Below are positions 1 to 6,075 of a stretch of 6,144 nucleotides of DNA, piece by piece (positions within the stretch are counted from its first letter, which is position 1; every line of letters starts with the position of its first letter). The stretch comes from Naegleria gruberi (taxonomy: Eukaryota), in the NCBI GenBank assembly GCA_000004985.1, contig GG739155.1. One strand, written 5' to 3'. The notes beneath the pieces were generated by a model. That model was not told where the DNA came from, did no database searches, and saw only the letters and a list, made by a program, of their open reading frames with translations. The position numbers and the translations under genes were made by a program.

Positions 1-19
1 AAATATTGATATTCCTTTT

Positions 20-970
20 TTACATGTCATAGATTTTAGCTCCACTAATTCTCATTCCTAGTTGGTGTTGATAGACGTACTTGGATTCTTCTTCCAAAAT
101 CTTTTGTGGTGAGGCATCTTCGCCATAGGTTCTTTGACCCATTTTAATGTCCATCACATTTGGATGATCCATATTAGCTGTAATATCCTCTAATACTATA
201 AAATCGATTGGTTTGAAAGTTTGTTGTGAAGGAAGTGTTGGTGTATTGGCAGGTGACACTGATGATGAAGACACTTCCGATGAAGATTGACTATTCAAAT
301 CACTATTAGTACTAACACCTGCTTGTTGTAAATATAAAGTATCCATCACTGAGCTGTTTGATGTAATATCAGGTATTTCTCCTTCTTCCAAAGGTACAAA
401 AGTTCTTTGTACTCCATAATATTTCGGAATGAAAGGAAGAAGATAGGCTGCCAATTTAACTTGATTCTCATAGAAATGAACCTCTGACCACGATCTCTTC
501 TTTCCTGGTTGTATTGCCTTGTATATTTTACAATCCCTGACCATCAATGAAAGTTCCTTTTTTTTCTTTCTCGTTCCATGTCCAGCCACTTGATTTATAC
601 AAGCCTCCAAACAATTTATATCAATAGGTGTAATCTTCAACTCTCCATAATCTGTTTTTTCGATATAGTACTGTTCTTGTTGATCAGCAGCTAATGATGA
701 GGATGACTCTCCACTGACGGCGGACATTTTTCGCTTTTTTTTTCTTCTTCGTTTTTTCAATTGTTTTGTATTGATGTTGTCTTGTTGTTGTTGTATTATT
801 GGTGATGATAATGATGATGGAAAAGAATCTTCATCTGGTGTTGAGCAGTATTCTTCTTCTCCTTCATCATCATTCGTTGGTGCATTAAAGATATTGTTAT
901 TATTAACGATCATTTGAAGATTGAATTGGTTGTTGTTATCGGAATACAGATGAGTTTTAAAAGTTTTCAT
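20..970 (-). CDS. Inositol polyphosphate kinase (IPK superfamily; IP6K/Kcs1-like or IPMK-like), N-terminal exon of ~316 codons. The ATG at 968-970 is the first in-frame ATG after an upstream TAG. The frame closes with TAA at 20-22, directly after the inositol-phosphate-binding motif, so the catalytic C-terminal half is missing from the window.
   Basis: The 316-codon ORF is far longer than chance allows in AT-rich DNA. The translation contains 'CINQVAGHGT', matching the QVGGH/QVAGH N-lobe motif of IPKs. It contains 'FIVLEDITANMDHPNVMDIKMGQRTYGEDASPQK', matching the IP6K/IPMK 'LLLEN...[21 protein letters not shown]' PxVxDxKxG inositol-binding signature. It ends with 'LGMRISGAKIYD', matching 'LGVRICGMQVYQ'. 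The N-terminal region carries poly-N, poly-Q and Ser-rich low complexity and a polybasic 'KKRRRKKKRK' stretch that looks like a nuclear localisation signal. The expected downstream SSLL and IDF(A/G)H catalytic motifs are absent. On the minus strand the stop overlaps a possible donor, GACAT|GTAAAA. Confidence 0.8.
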   Translation of the reverse strand: MKTFKTHLYSDNNNQFNLQMIVNNNNIFNAPTNDDEGEEEYCSTPDEDSFPSSLSSPIIQQQQDNINTKQLKKRRRKKKRKMSAVSGESSSSLAADQQEQYYIEKTDYGELKITPIDINCLEACINQVAGHGTRKKKKELSLMVRDCKIYKAIQPGKKRSWSEVHFYENQVKLAAYLLPFIPKYYGVQRTFVPLEEGEIPDITSNSSVMDTLYLQQAGVSTNSDLNSQSSSEVSSSSVSPANTPTLPSQQTFKPIDFIVLEDITANMDHPNVMDIKMGQRTYGEDASPQKILEEESKYVYQHQLGMRISGAKIYDM

Positions 971-1043
971 CAGCCATGTGATAATGAATATCTAGATTAC
1001 GAAAAACTTGGGGTGATGAGATGAACTTGGTTTTTTTATTAAT

Positions 1044-1225
1044 ATTAGACTTCCGGAAAAAGTTTTGCTAAAAGTCGACTTTTTTAAGGTACTTTCACGC
1101 TAATTTGCAAAAAGGTGCCTAAAAGGTGCCTTTTTTACCTAAAAACTACTTGAAATACATCCAAAGTTTGTTCAAGAAAATCTTGAGCAACTTTCAAACT
1201 GTTTTCAAACAATTCCTCAAGAATG
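1044..1225 (+). repeat. Copy A of a dispersed, MITE-like repeat. The outer terminus ATTAGACTTCCGGAAAA is at 1044-1060. An internal palindrome-derived block AAAAGGTGCCT AAAAGGTGCC TTTTTT lies at 1110-1136. A GTTTG..AGCAA..TTTCAAA..CAAGAATG module follows.
   Basis: Aligning this segment by eye with the reverse complement of 5359..5469 gives a 17/17 identical terminus, both copies carrying TTCCGGAA. Both share the AAAAAGGYGCCTTTTT palindrome. Both share the downstream words GTTTGAGCAA, TTTCAAA/TTTGAAA and CAAGAA(A)TG in the same order. Copy A has extra internal sequence and a half-duplication of the palindrome. The inward end of the homology is approximate; similar words continue to about 1300. 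Confidence 0.6.
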
Positions 1226-1639
1226 ATTAATTACTTCTCAACCAAATTCTCAAAACGTTCAAGTATTTGCTGAAAAAACCCCAAGGGCCCTCAAACTTCT
1301 GAACTCACTTAACTATATCCTTTTCCAAAAAATCCACCAATTCCTTAAGAGATCCAAGGTTTTTGAATGTCACCATCTCGGGTCACTGTAGTTTTGATGG
1401 ATTTTTTTACATCAATCACGAAATCTTTCGAAAGCTCTGGTCTTTTGGGCTCCTCAACTTTTCTTGGCATGATGATTGTTTTCTTTTTGATAAGGTTCAG
1501 GTTTTTTCTCTTTCTGGGTGGAATGATGTTCAAATCAGATCTCTTCCTCTTCTGGATTTTTTCTTGCACAGCATGTGTCGCCATCAAGTATTTAATTTTT
1601 GTCTTTTCGCAAAGGGTGCTGTATTTTAAAAAAATGATG

Positions 1640-1730
1640 CAACAACACGCACACAACATCCACCTCCCACAAACTACATCCCACAACATGACTTCAACAC
1701 TAACAACAAACAAATAATCAAACATCAACA
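1640..1730 (+). promoter_or_regulatory. A/C-rich, almost G-free leader (CAACAACACGCACACAACATCCACCTCCCACAAACTACATCCCACAACATGACTTCAACACTAACAACAAACAAATAATCAAACATCAACA) directly upstream of ATG 1731. It is a probable 5' UTR or core-promoter region of the plus-strand gene.
   Basis: The tract of about 90 nt has only two or three G residues and very few T. The context is A at -3 (CAACAATGA). G-poor, A-rich leaders are typical of fungal and yeast 5' UTRs. The lack of stop codons on both strands here explains the spurious ORFs that overlap it. Confidence 0.35.
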
Positions 1731-2805
1731 ATGAGCATTCCACATATGTTTAAATGGAATTGGAAGAAGTCTTCTGATATTACCGCTATCAAGAAGAAGA
1801 AACCAACAAAACGTGGTAGGTTGTAGTTTTGTATAATAATTAATTAAATAATTAATTAATCGGATAAGTGAACATTGTTAACAACCAGAGAGATAATATA
1901 ATTCTAGATATGGATGACACTTTAAATACAATGCCAAACGAAGGAACTATTCAACATTGGCCACTTACTTCCAATCAAGCCTCCAATTTTTCATTACCAA
2001 CCATTAATTTTGTACCATTGGAAGAACCAACACAAAATGAAAGTATGTTTCATAATACTTAATATTTAAATATTTGAAAGCCTTTTCATATTTGGCTCTT
2101 CTTACACAACCCTCTCCTCCAAGTAAGTATTTCTTATTTAAATTTAAATTTATAATTTATAATGTAGAAATTAATTATCAATGTGGAAGAGTAATGGTTT
2201 CTAATAACAATATGTGGAATACTGATAATGATACAACATACTGTCTTTCTGATAATGAATCTAAAGCCTTAATGGAAAGAATTCAATTTTTTATCACACC
2301 AAATGGTGGTGAAGACACATTCAACATTAAATTGTCACCAGCCTCTCCTAAATATAACCACACAAGAGTCAAGGAAGCCAAGACATTAATAGAAAGAAGT
2401 GTGGTAGCAAGAATGAATCCTGATTCAGCAAGAAATGTAACTTGGAGACAGAATTTATGTTTTACACTTCCATTTGGTCCAATTTCAGATTTATTCTTCT
2501 CTCAGTTAACTCAATCCAAACCATCATCTGTTAAACTTACATCTAAGTATTACTATATGGAAGGCAAATCCTCTAAAGGTTTGAAACTTGATACAAAAGT
2601 GTATGTATGGGATGAAGATAATATGCCAAGTTTAAAATCTGAACATTGGTTTTTGAAAAAGTGGAATGGGAAGAATGATACGTTTCGAGCTAGATGTATT
2701 CAGTTTACTTTAACTTACAGGCCTCAACTCGACATTATTCGTGTTGAATTTAAATATACAACTCAAAAGTGGAACAATATTCTACAAGCTTGGCAAGATA
2801 TGTAA
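1731..2805 (+). CDS. Multi-exon gene encoding a hypothetical protein of no recognised family. The proposed exons are 1731..1815, 1908..2042, 2081..2122 and 2168..2802(2805). Intron 1 is 1816..1907 (GTAGGT...TTCTAG). Intron 2 is 2043..2080 (GTATGT...GAAAG). Intron 3 is 2123..2167 (GTAAGT...AATGTAG).
   Basis: A 243-codon ORF at 2074..2805 is significant in AT-rich DNA. The short ORF at 1731 (MSIPHMFKWNWKKSSDITAIKKKKPTKRG) ends at a canonical donor in phase 1. A TTCTAG acceptor restores the frame of the 1868..2062 ORF (..DMDDTLNTMPNEGTIQHWPLTSNQASNFSLPTINFVPLEEPTQNES). A GTATGT donor at 2043 and an AG at 2079-2080 then restore the frame of the 2074 ORF. The 45-nt candidate intron 3 is AT-rich low complexity (translated it reads YFLFKFKFIIYNV) flanked by GTAAGT and TAG. 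All exon junctions are phase-consistent. The splice sites are inferred, not verified. Either ATG 1910 or ATG 2074 could instead be the true start. Confidence 0.45.
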
Positions 2806-2862
2806 GATGTAAGTAATAAATCTTCATACCAAAACTCAAATATCCTTAATTGAAATTTCAAG

Positions 2863-2984
2863 TTGTCGAATCAAGGATCCAATTAAGATGTTGGCAGCCC
2901 GCCAAAAGTTAAACCCGCCAAAATTTGGGCATTTTGAAACTAAAAAAAATAGAGGATGGTACCACCAAGAAACCGTCCATCAGA
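2863..2984 (+). CDS. Possible additional exon (..ICRIKDPIKMLAARQKLNPPKFGHFETKKNRGWYHQETVHQ) that continues into the assembly gap. It would be joined to the previous exon through donor AT|GTAAGA at 2802 and acceptor TTTCAAG at 2856-2862, a 61-nt intron.
   Basis: Using the GTAAGA donor one nucleotide before the TAA at 2803-2805 and the AG at 2861-2862 keeps the reading frame open from the 2074 ORF into the open frame that holds ATG 2888 and runs into the Ns. The alternative is that the gene simply stops at 2805. Continuity across the gap cannot be tested. Confidence 0.25.
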
Positions 2985-3677
2985 NNNNNNNNNNNNNNNN
3001 NNNNNNNNNNNNNNNNNNNNNNNNNNNNNNNNNNNNNNNNNNNNNNNNNNNNNNNNNNNNNNNNNNNNNNNNNNNNNNNNNNNNNNNNNNNNNNNNNNNN
3101 NNNNNNNNNNNNNNNNNNNNNNNNNNNNNNNNNNNNNNNNNNNNNNNNNNNNNNNNNNNNNNNNNNNNNNNNNNNNNNNNNNNNNNNNNNNNNNNNNNNN
3201 NNNNNNNNNNNNNNNNNNNNNNNNNNNNNNNNNNNNNNNNNNNNNNNNNNNNNNNNNNNNNNNNNNNNNNNNNNNNNNNNNNNNNNNNNNNNNNNNNNNN
3301 NNNNNNNNNNNNNNNNNNNNNNNNNNNNNNNNNNNNNNNNNNNNNNNNNNNNNNNNNNNNNNNNNNNNNNNNNNNNNNNNNNNNNNNNNNNNNNNNNNNN
3401 NNNNNNNNNNNNNNNNNNNNNNNNNNNNNNNNNNNNNNNNNNNNNNNNNNNNNNNNNNNNNNNNNNNNNNNNNNNNNNNNNNNNNNNNNNNNNNNNNNNN
3501 NNNNNNNNNNNNNNNNNNNNNNNNNNNNNNNNNNNNNNNNNNNNNNNNNNNNNNNNNNNNNNNNNNNNNNNNNNNNNNNNNNNNNNNNNNNNNNNNNNNN
3601 NNNNNNNNNNNNNNNNNNNNNNNNNNNNNNNNNNNNNNNNNNNNNNNNNNNNNNNNNNNNNNNNNNNNNNNNNNNNN
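2985..3677. other. Assembly gap: a run of 693 N.
   Basis: The N run is contiguous. Its length is a multiple of 3, so ORF callers read straight through it. Every ORF-track entry made mostly of X is an artefact. Confidence 0.99.
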
Positions 3678-4977
3678 GCTTGTAAATCAACAGAATTCTC
3701 AACTAAGAGATAGACTGATGTATTGGAGAAATCAAGTTTCAAATTCAACATTTTATTCTCAACTAGATTGTGATACCATTATCCCAATAGAAGTAGTTGA
3801 TGGTATATACAGGTTGAAACATCTTCCATCAATTCCATCCTGTGCTGACGATTTTTTAAGACATTATTGGGTTGATCAGCAACTTTTCCATTTAATAATC
3901 AATAATTTGAATACCAAATACTATGCCACTAGTGGTGAAACCTTAACGACTTGCCCATTTTGTTTTTATTCATGGAAAATGAGAAAGTTTTATTTCAAAT
4001 TCCAAGATTTGAAGATTTGGCAGTGGAAAAGAACGGATGATCATTGGAAGAACTGTATTGGGTATAGTTTGAAAAATACTGGTATTTGTATTGCTCACGG
4101 ATTGAATAGAATCATGTATACAATGTTAGCATTAACTATAGGTTCGAACGAAGATGATATGAGATATTTTGCAGCATTATTCAGCACTGGATCTATTGAC
4201 GACAGATTCCTCAATAAGCAATTGATGAAACCATATATCAGATCAGATTTGTTACTGTATTATGATAACATTGTTTGGACAAATAATGGTATTAAGGTTA
4301 AAGAAACCAACCCACAAAATCAAGCACGGAATAATGGAGTTGGATCAACAACAGTTGAATTTAATCAACTACTATTCAAAATGACAGACAAAATCGTTGT
4401 CACATTTGATGTATGGTTCCCAATTATGCAGAAATATTTTGAGGAGAGGAATAGAATAAGTTCATTATCCAGAATATCTCAATGTATTGCTCAAATGCAA
4501 CAAGAACAACAAATTGCTGAAAGGCCGAAATTGGATGATAATATAAAGCGATTATGGAGGAATTTTCAAGATGTATGGAAGTTGTGCTATGATGATAGAG
4601 ACGTTTGGAACGCTTATAAGGCTAATGATTATATTCTTCCAAAATTAATTCTAGAGATTTTCCACAAATCAATGTACAAGAATGTAGGCGAGTCTGCTAA
4701 TGGTATTGCCGATTATGTTCATATCATTTGTTTCCATCTAATTGAATTATTTGAGAAATTCGGGCTTGCCCCATGGGAATATCATAATATTGATTCAGAA
4801 GCTTTACATTCGCATCAGAAGACTACTGAAAATGCAACAACTTTAAATGGTGGATGCTTTCATGATGAAACAGAGGATTTGCTTGTTATGGATTTGAAGA
4901 AATTCTTCTGTAGATTGGGTGATGACTCTTTCTTGTGTGATATCTATGATAATAATAAAGCTGTTTCTTATAGATAA
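3678..4977 (+). CDS. Hypothetical protein: 433 codons of open frame ending at TAA 4975-4977. Its 5' end is lost in the gap. It may be the 3' part of the 1731 gene. No family is recognised.
   Basis: An uninterrupted 433-codon frame in AT-rich DNA is extremely unlikely by chance. The amino-acid composition is diverse and not low-complexity, with Cys/His/Trp-containing stretches such as 'TCPFCFYSWKMRKFYF' and 'HWKNCIGYSLKNTGICIAHGLNRIMYTML'. The window contains no ATG for it; the ORF-track M at 2956 lies before the gap and is meaningless. Confidence 0.6.
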
Positions 4978-5282
4978 TCAAATGTCTTGAATATGTATGA
5001 TTAGAAATGTCACATGTTGGAAAAATTCCCACTTCGCAAGTAGAACAAATAAGGATGTTGTTGGATTTATTTGATTTTTTATTAAGGAAACGGCTGCGAA
5101 ACTCATTGAGTTCCCCCGTCGTATTTCTTGTGGTTTGACTCGCTGTGCTTGTTTCACACTTTTTTCTTGTTCCTGTTTCATGCTTAATTCAGAATATGGT
5201 GTTTCATTAAGATTTTCTTCCACTTCCTCAACATCTTCCGTTCCATCAACAATAGAATCAGCAAGATTAGGGAACCTTTCAA
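4978..5282 (-). CDS. Probable downstream (3') exon of the right-hand minus-strand gene. The open frame 4978..5331 has no ATG near its 5' end. A strong acceptor, a polypyrimidine tract followed by CTGAAG|TT, lies at 5283-5288 on the minus strand.
   Basis: The minus-strand frame is open from 5331 to TGA 4978. It reads ..ERFPNLADSIVDGTEDVEEVEENLNETPYSELSMKQEQEKSVKQAQRVKPQEIRRGNSMSFAAV.. The stretch upstream of 5282 on the minus strand is GCTTTCTTTTTCCTGATGTCAACCTTTACTTTACTGCATTTGCTGAAG, a long pyrimidine tract ending in AG. The motif 'RFPNLADSIV' resembles 'SFPNLDEFVV' at the N-terminus of the 5542..6075 ORF, which suggests one gene with an internal duplication. The last ~35 codons ('NPTTSLFVLLAKWEFFQHVTFLIIHIQDI') look non-coding, so the true 3' end, or a further intron, is uncertain. 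Confidence 0.3.
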
Positions 5283-5358
5283 CTTCAGCAAATGCAGTAA
5301 AGTAAAGGTTGACATCAGGAAAAAGAAAGCTTCAATAAATGTGCAGGAAAGGTTTAAA

Positions 5359-5469
5359 CATTTCTTGAATTATGCTCAAACAAATTTCAAAAATTGCTCA
5401 AACATTTTTCAAACCACTTTTTTAAAAAGGCGCCTTTTTGTTTCTTTTTGACTTTTCCGGAAGTCTAAT
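5359..5469 (-). repeat. Copy B of the same repeat, in inverted orientation relative to copy A. The outer terminus TTTTCCGGAAGTCTAAT is at 5453-5469. A perfect 16-bp palindrome AAAAAGGCGCCTTTTT is at 5424-5439.
   Basis: The reverse complement reads ATTAGACTTCCGGAAAAGTC...AAAAAGGCGCCTTTTT...GTTTGAGCAATTTTTGAAATTTGTTTGAGCATAATTCAAGAAATG. This is colinear with copy A. The copy probably lies inside an intron of the right-hand minus-strand gene. Confidence 0.6.
5424..5439. repeat. Perfect 16-bp palindrome AAAAAGGCGCCTTTTT with a GGCGCC core, inside repeat copy B. Copy A carries the variant AAAAAGGTGCCT AAAAGGTGCC TTTTTT (1109-1136) with the half-site duplicated.
   Basis: Read directly from the sequence. 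The reverse complement of AAAAAGGC is GCCTTTTT. Confidence 0.9.
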
Positions 5470-5541
5470 TTAGAATTTGAAATTATTTAAAAATTCAAGT
5501 TTATGAGTGAATTATTATTTACTACAAGAATTGATTGTAAT

Positions 5542-6075
5542 TTAGATATGAGACTTGCCATCAAGAATGATAAAAGAATGATCATTGTAAAAATTGAAAA
5601 TGTACCAATACCAGTAACAACAACGGAAGAAACCAAATGTGAAATTATTGATAACTGCACCCAAGAAGTATCTACAGAACATATCAGTAGTATCAGCAGT
5701 CCATTCGAATCTCATTTCAACTGGTGAAGTAATTGGTTGACCAATGATTGGATATTGTGAGCTATATTGAACATTGTAATTGATTTGAGTTTTCTTATTT
5801 CTTTCTCTCAATTGAGAAGCAACTTGTGGTGGAATAACAACGAATTGACCTCTTCCATATCTAACTTGTTCCAAAAACTTTGGATTATAATATTGGTGGA
5901 CGAAAGGATATAAGAAACCAAATGTCAAAATAGCACAAGTCTTCATCAAGGTATATAACAATTCTCTTTGCCATCCAAGATGAACACCATAATAACGAAT
6001 CACTCCACGACAATCATTTTCAGGTTGCCAAACCACAAACTCATCCAAATTTGGAAAACTTCCACTTGCTTCCAT
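5542..6075 (-). CDS. Hypothetical small membrane protein, 177-codon ORF. ATG 6073-6075 is the first in-frame ATG after an upstream TGA at 6130-6132. It has one strongly hydrophobic segment, 'LLYTLMKTCAILTFGFLYPFV'. The C-terminal ~45 codons, rich in F, Y, W and C, look like intron or UTR read-through.
   Basis: The ORF length is significant for AT-rich DNA. The N-terminal 130 residues have balanced composition: MEASGSFPNLDEFVVWQPENDCRGVIRYYGVHLGWQRELLYTLMKTCAILTFGFLYPFVHQYYNPKFLEQVRYGRGQFVVIPPQVASQLRERNKK... The tail 'MFCRYFLGAVINNFTFGFFRCCYWYWYIFNFYNDHSF' looks like translated AT-rich non-coding sequence. A phase-1 donor candidate T|GTAGAT at 5674-5675 would join to the exon at 5282. I could not match the protein to a named family. 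Confidence 0.5.
   Translation of the reverse strand: MEASGSFPNLDEFVVWQPENDCRGVIRYYGVHLGWQRELLYTLMKTCAILTFGFLYPFVHQYYNPKFLEQVRYGRGQFVVIPPQVASQLRERNKKTQINYNVQYSSQYPIIGQPITSPVEMRFEWTADTTDMFCRYFLGAVINNFTFGFFRCCYWYWYIFNFYNDHSFIILDGKSHI

Noticed and set aside
727-830. T-rich and TTG/TGA-repeat simple sequence that looks like a microsatellite.
   Set aside because: It is the coding sequence on the opposite strand for the polybasic KKRRRKKKRK and the poly-Q and Ser/Asn-rich segments of the IPK N-terminus. It is low-complexity coding DNA, not an independent repeat feature.
971-990. A 6-codon out-of-frame uORF (ATG GCT GAT GAA AAC TTT TAA on the minus strand) overlapping the IPK start codon.
   Set aside because: A uORF that short occurs by chance all the time in AT-rich leaders. 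It is noted under the IPK finding and is not called as a feature.
1048-1058. ACTTCCGG in the repeat termini matches the classic ETS-family binding site.
   Set aside because: The match is a by-product of the TTCCGGAA palindrome at a repeat terminus. Both copies lie in non-promoter contexts (one intronic), and there is no evidence of a regulatory role.
1363-1743. Overlapping ORFs 1363..1629 (+), 1367..1717 (+) and the long 1345..1743 (-) form.
   Set aside because: Three simultaneously open frames over the same 250-350 nt indicate compositional bias, not coding. The region is T-rich on the plus strand and then becomes an A/C-only tract (1640-1730) that cannot encode stops on either strand. The translations are Phe/Leu/Cys low-complexity. 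Only the 79-codon minus-strand sub-ORF is kept, as a low-interest finding.
1837-1860. Tandem duplication ATAATTAATTAA x2, containing TTAATTAA palindromes.
   Set aside because: It lies inside proposed intron 1 of the plus-strand gene. It is a simple AT-rich microduplication typical of intronic sequence and carries no further signal.
2888-3751. Four ORF-track entries (2888..3685 +, 2909..3751 -, 2925..3713 +, 2980..3702 -) and the pre-gap part of 2956..4977, all made almost entirely of X.
   Set aside because: They are translations of the 693-nt N run. The run has no stop codons and its length is a multiple of 3, so frames pass straight through. They are artefacts of the assembly gap. Only the real flanking sequence, 2863..2984 and 3678..4977, was considered.
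1044-5469. The two repeat copies read as a CRISPR-like or prokaryotic repeat array.
   Set aside because: There are only two copies, they are inverted rather than direct, they are diverged, and the genomic context is eukaryotic with introns. This is not a CRISPR array.
5503-5727. 74-codon plus-strand ORF.
   Set aside because: It lies antisense to, and fully inside, the longer and compositionally better 177-codon minus-strand ORF. It starts within the repeat-flank AT-rich sequence. It is most likely a shadow ORF.
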